Shown here: positions 12,891 to 25,131 of the stretch, one piece after another | Layout of the letters: each line of letters starts with the position of its first letter | Numbering within the stretch: the stretch's first letter is position 1 | NCBI RefSeq assembly: GCF_020745735.1 | Contig: NC_083409.1 | Location: forward strand, 12,895,259 to 12,959,258 | Origin: Hemiscyllium ocellatum | Lineage: Eukaryota | Length of the DNA: 64,000 nt | Reading direction: 5' to 3' | Position numbers and translations under genes: made by a program | The notes under the pieces: model-generated | Seen by the model: the letters and a program-made list of their open reading frames with translations, nothing else | Told to the model about the DNA's origin: nothing | The model's database searches: none

Positions 12891-13018
12891 AATGAGCTGC
12901 CTCTCAGTCTGAATCAGATTAACCTTTTTTCATTCATGATTTGAGAAGATTAAAGCCTGATCTTCAATCCCCAGCACAAAGCCCATTCTCAATCCATCGC
13001 TTGGAGACACAGACCTCA

Positions 13019-13243
13019 GAGAGACACCTACAGGCAGCACAGAGTAACACACTCACACTGAGAGAGACACCTACAGGCAGCACAGAGTAACACACGCACT
13101 CTGAGAGACAGGCTGCACTGAGTCACATGCTCACACTCCATGCTGCCTGAAGGTGTCTCCGAATGTGGGTGCGTTACTGAGCGCTGCCTGTGAGTGTGTC
13201 TCTGAGTAACACGCCCACGCCCAGAGAGACACCTACAGGTAGC
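13019..13243. repeat. Local direct and inverted repeat cluster downstream of C
   Basis: GAGACACCTACAGG(C/T)AGCA occurs at 13021, 13064 and about 13226. Inverted copies lie at 13141-13159 and 13173-13203. Confidence 0.85.
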
Positions 13244-13639
13244 ATTAAGTTGAACAATCACACCAAGAGAGACAGAGCCGGCAATGTCTGTGAATGGCTG
13301 ATGATTGTTTCATCGGCTGTCTGACATACAGCAGAGATTGCACAGTTCGATCCCATCAGCTGGGCCGGGACCAACCGAGTGAAGAGGGAATGCATCAGAT
13401 TGTACTTATTGAGTCCCAACAACTTTCAGTTTCTGTTCTTTTTGGAATCTTGTAACCTACACAAATCCCTGATCAAAGGGATCATTTGAAAACGATTGAT
13501 GATTGAAATTGATTGACAGGCCAAGTAACCAATTGTGACAAGGATCTGCTGAAATACAGCCAATCAACTGAGGGGTTTGGGGGTGGGGTAGAGGTCTGTT
13601 ATTTCCAAAGCAGACAGAGACAGAGACTGAATCTTCACC

Positions 13640-13645
13640 TTTATT
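13640..13645 (-). terminator. Probable polyadenylation signal (AATAAA) of the kappa transcript
   Basis: First AATAAA I found on the minus strand after the C stop codon, about 490 nt downstream. Confidence 0.55.
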
Positions 13646-14134
13646 CCCTTTTCCACATTCACATTGACAGAAAAAGAAACAACTGCAATTAACAGCCCAG
13701 ACAGAGGAAGCTGTTGAAATTCACAGCCACAATGGAGCTTGAGGAAAACATTTGGAGAGATTTTCTCAATAACACGAGAATCCTGTCCCTTCAAACAGTG
13801 ACAAAACCTTAAATTGGAACTGGTGGCTGAGCAGGAAGGAGATCTGGTTTACTGAAGCAGAGACTTCTGAGGTTCACATTGTTTTTTGCAGCTAACATCA
13901 CAAGGCAATCCTGTCCCCATCAAACACTTCCAGGACAGTATGAGTTTTGACATGGTGTAAAGTTCTCTCACCACTATCCCAATGACATGCTTTAACATCC
14001 AAACCTCAGATGTTTCTCTGAGCAATCCTGAGAAGGAAGGAAGAGAAATTCAGTGCTGACAATGACCTTTGTCCTGCCAGCTCAGCCCTGTCCTATTTAA
14101 AGTTGTGTCTCCTCTGTGGACTGTCTCCAACACT

Positions 14135-14463
14135 CTACACACATTCTGATCTCCTGATGCTCTTGCTGAGGGGAGAGGGGAGGGTCACGTGGGTGAGGGC
14201 ACAGGAGAAGCGAGCGTTGGACTCCCAGTCAGACCCAGAGAGGGTCAGCAGGCTGCTGACACTGTAGGTGCTGTCCGAAGCTCGCAGGTAGTTGCTGGTC
14301 TGAACCCCGTCTGAAATGACTGCACCATCCTTCTTCCACTGCACCTCCAGCTCATCGGGATAGAAGTGATTGGCAAGGCACACCAGGGTGGCAGTGCCCT
14401 TGGCATTGACCTGCTCCAGGGAGGGGGGCAGCAGTGTCAGCTTGGGCTGTGAGTTGTCATGGC
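14135..14463 (-). CDS. IGKC: Immunoglobulin light-chain constant exon, kappa (shark type III/NS4-like), intact
   Basis: Acceptor tttctcttgtctttcag|gc. Translates (S)HDNSQPKLTLLPPSLEQVNAKGTATLVCLANHFYPDELEVQWKKDG...YSVSSLLTLSGSDWESNARFSCALTH...SIRRSECV*. C1-set Cys/Trp/Cys and the penultimate interchain Cys are present. Confidence 0.97.
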
Positions 14464-15959
14464 CTGAAAGACAAGAGAAACAATTTTAATTCCTACCACT
14501 GAAAGGGAATTCAAACTTCCCAATATTCACTGGCCATTCAATCTTTTTGAACATTTGTAGTCAATACAGAATAAACCCCATAAAAGGACAGGGCCTTTTA
14601 AAATTGTTTCTTGGGATGTGAGTGTCACTGGCAGGGCCAGCACTTATTACCCATCCCTAGTTGCCCCTGAGAAGGTGATGGTGAATCAGCAGAGAGAGAA
14701 GGGACAGTTTTGGATCATTGTTTATAGAATAAATGTGGGCAGCTGGAAAGGCTATCAATGGGGGAGCATTTCAGTGGCAGTGATCAGAACACAGTGAGCC
14801 TGAGAGTAGGGATGGAAATAAAGAAGCATGGAGCAAGTGTAGAAGTTTTCATTTTACTAAACTGTGTGGTGCTTTGGTAAAAGTGGACTGGAAGCAGTGA
14901 CATGATGGGAAATCAGTGTCAGGGCAGTGGGAGCCCTCGAAGGATGAGACAGAGATCGTTCAGAATCTGCTCCCACAATGAGTAAGGGTGGGACTTCCAG
15001 GTCTAGACTGAATGAACAAGAGGATTGGGGGTCATGTACTGACATGGATTGGGAACTGGTTGGCAGACAGGACAGAAGGAGTGAATCTTTTTCTGAATGA
15101 CAGGTAGTTACAACTTCGTGTACCACACGTGTCAGTCCTTGGTACTCAGTTATTCATAATATAATACAATCGAGTCATAGAGTCAGAGAGACCCAAAGGC
15201 CGATTGTGTCCATACTGGTCAAAAAACCACAACTCAATAATTCTCATCCATTTTACCAGCATGGTGGAATTAGATGCAGTATGTGTTCAATCAAGAATTA
15301 GATATAGTTCTTTGGATTAAAGGGATCAAAGAATGTGGGGAGAAAGCAGGAACAGGGGATTGTGTTGGATGATCAGCCATGATCATATTGAATGGTGGAA
15401 CATGCTGGACCGGCCGAATGGCTTACTGCTACTCCTGTGTTTGATGTTTCTATCTGTTTCTCAGATAATGAAGGAATGTCTCTCATCAGTTTGAAGCTGG
15501 AAGTCAAATGTGTGTGGAGGTGGAAGATGTGGCCACGGTGATTACTGAATACAGATCAATGAGGTGGTAAGAAGACACATGGGATAAACTGTTCTTCATT
15601 TTCCCTTGATGGAATGAGGGCATTGCTGGATCAGCAGCATTTATTGCCCATCCCTAATCACCCAGAGGGCAGTTTAGAGTCAACCACATTGCTGTGGGCA
15701 TGGAGTCACATGGTAAGGATGGCAGTTTCTTTACCGAAAGGACATTAGGGAACAGATGGCTTTTTTCCTGACAATCAACAATGGTTTCATGGTCGTCATT
15801 AGACTCTAAATTGCAGATTTTTAAAATTGAATTTGAATGCCACCATCTGCTGGATTCTAACCCTGGTCCCAAGAACATTACCTGGATCTCTGGATTAACA
15901 GCTCAGCAATAACACCATTAGACCATCACCTCCCTTATCTCATTTTTGGTTGACTGTGA

Positions 15960-17600
15960 AAGCAAAGAGTTTGTTTATTCTGGAACTGTATAAAACCCCA
16001 GTTAGAGCACAGTGAGAGAACTGTGTACGGTTCTGGTCACCACATTACAGAAAGGATGCGATTCCATTAGAGACGGGGACAGAGGAGGAGTTTGTCTGGA
16101 ATGGGGACTTTGAGCTTTGCGGAATGATTGGTTTGGCTGGGAGTGTTTTCTTTGGAACAGAGGAGGCTGAGGGAAGATTTGATGGTGGCGTGTAAAATGA
16201 TGAGGGGCCTGGACAGAGTGGGTAGGAAGGACTGATTTCCACCAGCACAGAGGGCAATAACCATGGGGAGAGATTGAAATCAGTTGGGGGCAGGATTAGA
16301 GGGGAGTTGAGGGTATTTGTTTTCACCCAGAGGCTGGTGGGATGTGGGACTCACTGTCTGAAAGAATGGGAGAGGCAGAAACACTCATCACATTGAAAAA
16401 ACACTTGGATATTCATTTGAAACAGTGAACCCTCTAAAGCTATGGAGCAAGAGCTGGAAAGTAGGATGGAGCTCGATAGCTCTTTAACAAATCTCCGATC
16501 ACCCACAGATCAGGAGAACTTTGTCCAAGAACGTTGGAGCAGACTCGGATCCACACACTTTGGGAAAGAGTCACATTGGGGTGTCTGTGTAGAAGGTTCT
16601 AGATTACAATTCAAACCTTGCTGCACACTGCTGGGCTGAGGGTCAAGGGTTCGGCTGCAAAGAGTCTCAATGTCCTGGGGTCAGACAGGGTCACTGCTCC
16701 TCATGACCCCATGACTCCTGGAGGGTGAGAGTGCGCAGGCAATGGATGAGGACCCGGATCAGGAGACTCCAACCTTAAAGAAAGACTTGCATTTGTGTAG
16801 CACCTGTCCCCAACTCAGGATGTCCCACTGGATCTTTCCAGCAGGCTGTGCACAGAGAGATTCCAAACACAGTATGACAATTAGCAGCGAAATAGATTTT
16901 TAGTGATTTTGCCTGGGGGATAAATATTGATCAGGGACAACAGGGGGAACTGCCTGCTCTTCAACCAATCGTGCCATGGAATGGCACCTTTCACAACTGA
17001 AAGACTCTCAGTTCATCCAAAAAACGAAGAAAAGTTCCCTGAAAGTGGAGTTGCAGGTAGGTAGCGGGATGACGAAGTCATTTGGTTTGCTTTCCTTTAT
17101 TGGTCAGTGCATTGAGTATTGGAGTTGGGAGCTGTTGCAGCTGTACATGACATCGGTTCGGCCATTTTTGGAATTCTGTCTGTAATTCTGGTCTCCCTGC
17201 TGTATGAAAAATGTTGTGAATCTTAAAATGGTTCAGAAAAGGTTTACAATGATGTTGCCAAGGTTGGAGGGTTTGCGCAAAAGGGAGAGACTGAATTAGG
17301 CTGAGGCTGTTTTCCCTGGATCATTGCAGGTTGATGGGTGACCGTATAGAGGTTTATAAAATCATGAGCGGGATAGATAGGGTGAATAGAGAAGATCTTT
17401 TCTCCAAAGTGGGGGAACTGGAGGGCATAGTCTGAAGGTGACAGGGGAAAGATTTAAAAGGGACCTAAGGGACAACGTTTTCATTCAGAGGGCGTTAAAT
17501 GTATGAAATGAGCTGCCAGAAGAAATGTTGAAGGCTGGTACAATTACAACATTTAAAAGGCATGGATATGTGAATAGGAAGATGTTAGAGGGATATGGGC
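15960..17600 (+). mobile_element. CR1 3' fragments (about 15960-16490 and 17030-17600) with an intervening L2-type tail, in the J-C intron
   Basis: CR1 RT C-terminal motifs, e.g. SFIGQCIEYWSWELLQLYMTSVRPFLEFC. Confidence 0.7.
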
Positions 17601-17777
17601 ATCAATCCAGCCCTTAACATTTCAGGCTCTTCCAAATACATTTACAGACAGCTTTGTTTGACAAGCTACACTGTCGCAATGTCAGGAACGTGGCAGCCAG
17701 TTTCTACACTGCAAGATCCAAGTAGAAGCACTGAGATCAAAGAGCAATAATGATGTTGGATTAATGATAAATATTGC

Positions 17778-18095
17778 CCTGATTAGATTCCCTCTAGTGT
17801 AGAAACAGGCAGTTCAGCCTGACAAGTCCACACCAACCCTCCGAACAGCAGCCCACCCAGGAACATTCCATACAGCTACTCCTGAGCTATTTCACCTAAC
17901 ACTGTAGGAAATTTATAACAGCCAATTCACCTAGTCTGCACATCTTTGAACAGTGGGAGTAAACTAGAGCAACTGGGGGAAACCCAGGGACACAGAGAGA
18001 ATGTGAAAACACTACACTAACAGTTTCCCAAGGACAGGAATTGAAGCCAGGTCCTTGATGCTGTGAGGTAGCAGTGCTAACCACTGAGCCACCGT
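17778..18095 (-). mobile_element. HE1-like SINE
   Basis: Same head and tail as other copies (gattagattcc... to ...gtgctaaccactgagccaccgtgcc). Confidence 0.8.
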
Positions 18096-18479
18096 GCCTG
18101 AAGGTAACCCAAAGCGAAAGTAATTTGGTTCAGTTGGATGGAAAATGAGAAAACGGAAGGTGAAGAAGAAGGTAGGATTGTGGTTAGTGATGGGATTGAT
18201 TGTTACCAGAAAATAAAAGGTGGGGACGGAAATTTCAAAATCAAAGGAACCAAAGAAGTGCCGGGAAAATCAATAATAGAATAAACTTAAAGAGTTTGTA
18301 ACGAAATGCACGAAGCATTCCGAGTAAGGTAGACAAAGTGATGCCACAGATCCAGGTAAATTAAGTTTCCAAGGAATTTAAACTAGCTAAAGTGGAGGAG
18401 GGCTCAGGGGAGATTATTGAAGTTTCTCGAAGATGTAAAAGGACAGAGAGGGTGGAAAGGACCGGGTATCGAACGTAAA

Positions 18480-21310
18480 GCACAGCAGATAAGAGAACAA
18501 TGATGAGAAGGAGGGCAGTCAATGCAGGACTGAGGGTGTTGTACTTTAATGCACACAGTGTACACAACGAGCTTGTAGTGCAGATTGAAACTGGCAGGAA
18601 CGATGTTATGGGTATCACAGAGACATGGCTGTAAGGGAATTCGGGCTGGGAACTAAATATCCAAGGATACATGTCCCATCAAAAGGACGGGCAGATGGGC
18701 AGAGGGGGAAGAGTTGCCTTGTTATGTGAGAAATGAAATTAAATCAATAGCAAGAAGTGATGTGGAGTAAGAAGGTGTAGAATCTGGGTGGGTAGAGTTG
18801 AGGAACTGCAAGAAATAAAGAATCTGATGCAAGTTATGTCCAGGTCTCCAAGCAGTAATCAGAGTGTGGGGAAGGAAATCAATCAGGAGACAGAGAAGCC
18901 TGACACAAAATGTCAGGGCAGACCTCAATGAATAGGTGGACTGGGTAGTGCGTCTCAAGGAAAGGATTTCATGGAATTCAAGGAGATGTTTTTTTGGAGC
19001 AGCTTGTGGTTGAGCCATGATGGAACAGGCAGGTCTAGATTCAGTGATGTCTAATGAGGCAAACTTGACTAGTGAGTTTAAGGTGAAAGTATTCCTGTGG
19101 ATAAATGACCATAATATGATCGAATTCCCCCTATAGTTTGAGAAGGAGAAACTGTAATCAGATGGAACAGTATTTCAGTTGAGTAAAGGTAACTGCAAAG
19201 ACATGAGGAAGGAGCTGGCCAGAGTTGGTTGTAAGGGGAGCCGAACAGGTAAGATGGTGGGGCAGCAAACAGCAGAGTTTCTGGGGGTAATTCAGGAAGC
19301 AGAGCAGGAACTCATCCCAAAAAAGAAGAAACATACCAAGGGGAGAACAAGGCAACCATGGCTGATGGGGAAGGTCAAGGACAGCATAAAAGCAAAAGAA
19401 AAGGCAGACAATATGGTGGAGAATAGTGGGAAGCCAGAAGGTGAGGAAGTCTTGAAAAACCTGCAGAAGACAATGATAGAAGCATTAAGGATGGGGAAGG
19501 TGAAATGTGGGGGTAAGCGCACCAGTAATACAAAAGAAGATCGTCAGTTTTATCAGATATATGAAAAGGAAGAGGGAGGCAAAAATAGACATTGGATCAC
19601 TGGAAAATGAGGTTGGAGAAAGAATAATAGAAATAACAAAGGAATTGAATAGATACTTTGCATCAGTCTGCACCATGGAAAACACCAGCAGTGTACCAGT
19701 AATTCAAGACTATCGGGGGCAGAGGAGAGTGTAGTGGCCATCACTAAGGAGGAGGTACTGGGGAAGCTGGAAGGTCTGAATGTGGATAACTCACCCAGAC
19801 TGGATAAACCTCATCACTGTGTTCTGAAGGAGATCGCTGAGGAGATTGTGGAGGCATTGGTGATGATCCTTCAGGAATCAATGGAGTCGGGGTGTGACGG
19901 TGGAGAGGGATTTGGTGGGGGCAAGGAAATAGAAAATGGCTCCAGTAACAGCCCTGTTTCAGAAGGGAGGGAGTTGGAAGATGGGAAATTATAGGCCAGT
20001 TAGCCTGGACTGTTGTTGGTAAGGTTTTAGACTTCAATTTAAGGATGAAATTGCAGAAGACTTGGAAGTGCAATGGTAAACTAGGGCTGAGTCAACACGG
20101 CTTCATCAAGGGGAGGTCATGCCTGGCAAATCTGTTAGAATTCTTTGAGCAGGCAATGAGCCAGTCAGAAAAAGGAGTGTCTGAGGAAGTAATCTATTTG
20201 GATTTTCCAGAAGGCCTTTGACATAAATTAAGTGCCCATAGTGTTAGGGGCAATGTACTGGCATGGACTGAGGACGGACAGGTTGGCATAAAGCCGAGAA
20301 TGATGAAAGATGGCTGCTGGTGACTAGTAGATTGCTGCAGGTGTCAATGTTGGGACCATAACTATTCACGTTATACATGAACAATCTGGATGAAGGAAGT
20401 GAAGACATTGTTGCTAAGTTTGCAGGTGACATGGGGTAGGTGGAGGGACAGGTAGTGTTGACGAAGTGGGAAGGCTGTAAAAGCTCCTGGATAGGTTCGG
20501 AGAGTGGGCAAAGAAGTGGCAGATAGAATACAATGTGTGACAGTGTGAGGGTATGTACTTTGGTAAGAAGAAGAAATATAAAGACTGTTTGCTAAATGAG
20601 GAAAGCCTCTGGAAATCTAAAGCACAAACCTCATTCAGGTTTCCCTTCAGGTGAACAGGCAGGTCCAGTTTGTGCTTGAGAAGGCAAATGAAATGTTCGC
20701 ATTCATTTCAATAGGGCCAGAATACAAGAGCAGAGATGTACTGCTGAGGCTGTGTAAGGCTCTGGTCAGACTGCATTTGGAATGTTGTGAACAGATTTGG
20801 GTCCCAAATTCTAAGAAACAATGTGCTGTCATTGGAAGAGTTTACAAGAATGATCCTGGGGATGAAAGGCTTGTCATATGAGGCGTGTTTGAGGACTCTG
20901 GGTCTGTACTCGATGGAGTTTAGAAGGATGAGGAGGGTTCTTATTGAAATTTACAGAATACTGATCAGCCTGGATAGAGTGGATGCAGAGAAGATTTTTC
21001 CAATAAGAGGAGAGACTCGATAACCAAGGCACAGCCTCAGAATGAAGGGCCGACCATTTGGAGTTGAGATGAGGAGGAATTTCTTCAGCCAGAGGGTGGC
21101 GAATCTGTGGAACACGTTGTTACAGAGGGCAGTGGAGGCCAAGTCACTGAGTGTATTTAAGACAGAGATAGATAGGTTTGTGATTATTAAGGGGATCAAA
21201 GGTTCCTGTGGAGTAGGCAGGAGAATGGGGGTGAGAAGCATATTTGCCAAGATCAAATGGCAGAGCAGATTCAATGGGCGGAATGGCTGATTTCTGCTCC
21301 TATTTCTTAA
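18480..21310 (+). mobile_element. Near full-length decayed CR1 ORF2 (endonuclease plus RT) and 3' UTR
   Basis: LYFNAHSV and GITETW-like endonuclease motifs, KGNCKDMRKELA, HGFIKGRSCLANLLEFFE RT motif and the CR1 3' end. Many stops. Confidence 0.9.
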
Positions 21311-21419
21311 AGTCTTCTGGAGAGTTTCCCCAAAACCCTGGAACACTGAATCCACTGGACTGTGAGCCCTGCTAGAGCTGTTTGTCATCAGAACTTTGCC
21401 AAGAGATAACCAAAGAGTG

Positions 21420-22330
21420 AAGAGAGTTTTAGGATTTTAGGATACTTTGCAGTTCCTGGAATGCCATGATTACAGGAAGTGTGGTCAGTGACAGCAGTTG
21501 GAGCTCCGGGTTTCGGAGCTTGAGCAGCAGCTGGTGTCAGTGCGGAGCGTCCGTGAAGCTGAGAGCTCCGTGGAGAGCACGTTTCTAGATGTGGTCATCT
21601 GCAGCTTCAGAGTATGCAGGGAGAGAGGGAATGGGGGAGCAGCAGACAGTCCAAAAGAATCAGGCAGCTAGTACAGAAATCCCCTGAGTGCATCCCACTC
21701 TCCAACCAGGATTCAGTTCAGAATCCTAATGAGAATGATGGTTAATCTGGGGAGTGCAGCCAGAGCTAAGTCCCTGGCAGCATGTGTGGGTCAGATGAAG
21801 GGGGGGGGGGGCACAAGAAGACTGGAAGAGTGAGAGGAGAGGAGATTCGAGAGTGAGGGCAATCGATAGGTGTTTCTGCAGCTGCAGATGGGAATCCAGG
21901 ATGGTGTGTTGTCTCCCTGGTGCCAGGATCAAGGATGTCACTGAGTGGCTGCAGAGCACATTGAGGGGAGGGGGGAACAGGCAGCAGTCATGGTCCACAT
22001 CGGTCCCAGTGACAGTGGGAGGAAAGGGATGTGATCCTCCAGTCAGAATTTAGGGAGCTTGGGAGGAAATTAGGAGTAGGAGCTAAAAGGTAGGAATCTT
22101 CAGATTACTCCCATTACCCCATGCAAGTGAGAAGACGAACAGAAGGGGAACACAGGTGACTGTGGAGCTGGAGACAGGGTCCAGGAGGGAGGGCTTTACA
22201 TTCTTGGGACATTGGGAATAAGTCTGGGGGAGATGGCACCTGGACAGACCAGACAGTGTTGCTCCTGAACAGAGCTGGGACTGAGTTCCTTTGGGGTGAT
22301 TTACTAGTGCTGTTGAAGAGGATTTAAACT
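21420..22330 (+). mobile_element. CR1 5' region (ORF1, esterase-like)
   Basis: GDS...RAIDRCFCSCRWESRMVCCLPGARIKDVTEWLQ, typical of CR1 ORF1. Confidence 0.8.
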
Positions 22331-22599
22331 AACTTGGCAGGGCTGTGGGAGCCAGGGGGAATATCAGAGAGGGACATCAAGGTCCACAGAATTCTCAGTG
22401 CAGTCAATAAGTCACCACCCAGTGGGAAGGATGTGGAAGAATACAAATGCCAGGAATTTACAGAAACCTGCAAATATGATAAAATGGTTATAAATGCGGG
22501 GAAGGGATCTTTAATTTCTGTATATAAACTGGGATAGTAGCAATGTAACGGGCAGAGAGGGGCCAGAGCTGTGAGACTGTGTTCAGGTGAATTTTCAGG

Positions 22600-24090
22600 T
22601 GGCATCGTGGCCAGTGAAAAAGGCTGTCTAAGAGTACAATGGGATCTTGACCAACTGGGCCAGTGGGCTGAGGAATGGCAGATGGAGTTTAATTCAGATA
22701 AATGTGAGTGCTGTATTTTGGTAAGACACAGGAGATGGGTGAGATCCTAAACAAATATTTCAGGTCAGTATTTATTGTGGAGAAGGACATGAATGCGACG
22801 GAATTTGGAAAAAATAGTGATGCTTTCAACAAGTCCACAATACAAATGAGGAGATGCAAAAGGTCTTAAAACATATAAAGGTAGATAAATCCCTAGGACC
22901 TGATCAGGTATATCCCAGAACATTGTGGGAAACGAGGGAAGAGATTGCTGGGCCCCTTGCTGAGATATGTTTATGATCGACAGCTACAGGTAAGATGTTG
23001 GAGAACCAGAGAGGTTGGCTAATGTTGTACCATTATTTCAGAATGGCTATAAGGGAAAAAACAGGGAACTATAGACCAGTGAGCATGATGTCAGTGCTGG
23101 GTAAGATGTTGGAGTGGATTCTGAGGGACAGGATTTCCATCCATTTGGATAATCAATGTGGTTTTGTGCGTGGAAAATTGTGTCTCCCTGATTTAATTGA
23201 GGAGGTGACAAAGAAGATTGATGAAAGCAGAACAGTAGACACTGTCTGTATGGACTTCAGTAAAGTATTTGATAAAGTTCCACATGATAGACTGGTTAGT
23301 AAGGTTAGACCACATGGGATCCAGGGGGAGCCAGCCATTTGGGTAAAAAAATTAGCTTGAAGATATGAGAGAGGGTGTGGTGGTAAAGGGTTGATTTTCA
23401 GATCGGAGATCTGTGAATAGCTGTGTGCCGCAAGGAGTGGTGCTGGGTCCGCTGCTTTTGGTCATTTAAATAAATGATTTCACTGTGAATATAGGAGTTA
23501 ACATAAGTTTGCAAATGACATCAAAATTGGTGGGACGGTGGATAGTGAAGAACACTATCTCAGGGTACAGTGGGACCTTGATCAGATGGGGCAATGGGCA
23601 GAGGAGTGGGAAATGGTGTTCAGTTTACATAAATGTGAGATGTTGCACCTTGGAAAGGCAAACCAGGGCACAAGTTATACAGTTAATTGTAGGGCCTTGT
23701 GGAGTGTTGCTGGACAAAGAGGGTGAGGGGTGAGGGGTGAGGGGTGAGGGGTGAGGGGTGGGGGTGAGGGAAATGTACATTATTTCTTAAAACTGGATCA
23801 CAGGGTGATAAAGAAGGTTTTGGGAACGTTTGCCTTTATTGGTCACTGTATTGAGTATCGATGTTAGGACATCATGTTGCAGCTGTACAGGAGATTGGTG
23901 AGGCCACTTTGGGAATAATGTGAAGAATTCTGATCATTCTGTGATTGGAAGGATGTTGTTAAACTTTTAAAGGGTGCACAAAACGATTTACAAAGATTTT
24001 GCTAGGAATTGGAGGGTTTGAACGATAGGGAGAGGATGAATTGGAACATCGGAGGCTGAGAAATTTATAAAATCATGAGGGACACAGATA
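22600..24090 (+). mobile_element. CR1 RT fragments
   Basis: GNYRPVSMMSVLGKMLE and CMDFSKVFDKVPHDRLVSKV motifs. Confidence 0.85.
23720..23770 (+). repeat. (GAGGGGT)n heptamer tandem repeat, about 7 copies
   Basis: gggtgaggggtgaggggtgaggggtgaggggtgaggggtgggggtgaggg, inside a CR1 copy. Confidence 0.95.
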
Positions 24091-24169
24091 ATGTGACTAA
24101 TTCAGGAAGCATGTGAATGTTTTGGATAGATGACAAATTATATTCCCAAAGGTCATTCCAGGGAATGAG

Positions 24170-24612
24170 GAACATCAGTTATGAAGATCTACTGGAGAAT
24201 TTGGGACCGTCTTCTTTGGAGAAGGCTGGAAGGAGATTTATTTGAGGAATTCAAAATCAGAAGGGGCCTGAACAGAATAAATAGGGAGAAAATGTTCCCA
24301 ATTGAGAAAGGATTGAGACCGAGAGAACACAGATTGAAAGTAATTGGGAAAAGTAACAAAAATGAGATGAGGAAAATCATTTTCAGCCAGTGAGTGGTTA
24401 AGGTGTGGAATGCGCTGCCTGAGAGTGTGGTGGAGGCAGCTTCAATTGAAACATTCTGAAGGGAATGAGACTGTTATTTGAAAAGGAACAATGTGCAGGG
24501 TGACAGGGAGAAGGCAGGAGAATGACACTCAGTGAATTGCTCATTCAGAGAGCCAGTACAGACAGGATGGGTGGAATGGCCTCCTTGTGCACTGTAACAA
24601 TTCTGTGATTGT
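24170..24612 (+). mobile_element. CR1 3' fragment with tail
   Basis: RT C-terminus followed by gaatggcctcct...ctgtaacaattctgtgattgtgtgatt. Confidence 0.8.
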
Positions 24613-25057
24613 GTGATTGAGCAGAGTTAAAGCTGGGGGAGGTGGGAGCTCGGTGTCTCACTGTGCTGCTGCTGCTGCTGCTGAGGTCAGTGAGATCAGA
24701 GACTGGGACAGGGAGCCAGAGCTCACATCAAACTCTGCCTGTGTCTGTCACACTGAGACTGGCAGGAGGCTACTCACTGATTTCACTCCATGCTGCAGGA
24801 ATGGGACCACAGGCTGCAAATGGACAGAGCTCCTCCACACGGTGAGTAAAACTTACTGACTTATATCTTGCATTTTTTAAAGAGGGCATGAAAGTAAAGA
24901 AATACAGCTGGACACCCTGTTAGACACAGTGCTCCTCAATCAACCATTTCATTCACTGCAGCTCCCCACTAACACCTTCAACAATTCAGCAACTGTATTT
25001 TAGAAAGTGTGTTTCAGTATTGACAGGGTTAATAACAGAGGATTGAGGTTTACTTAC

Positions 25058-25092
25058 TCAGTCTGAGCTTGGTTCCTGGACCGAACGTGAAC
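25058..25092 (-). CDS. IGKJ: Immunoglobulin kappa J segment (single J)
   Basis: g TTC ACG TTC GGT CCA GGA ACC AAG CTC AGA CTG A|gtaagt gives FTFGPGTKLRL(S), with the FGxG motif and a consensus donor. Splice phase matches C (A+GC = Ser). Confidence 0.97.
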
Positions 25093-25131
25093 CACAGTGA
25101 GAGCTCCCAGTGCAGGGGCTGTACAAAAACC
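25093..25131 (+). promoter_or_regulatory. J recombination signal sequence, 23-bp spacer
   Basis: CACAGTG (25093-25099), 23 nt, ACAAAAACC (25123-25131). Perfect consensus. Confidence 0.98.

Noticed and set aside
15840-15853. Reverse CTCF-like motif (CCAGCAGATGGTGG)
   Set aside because: Mismatch at a key core position, and it lies within a common repeat.
24925-24931. CACAGTG in J orientation 130 bp downstream of J (possible second J)
   Set aside because: No nonamer at 12 or 23 bp and no FGxG-coding sequence or splice donor adjacent.
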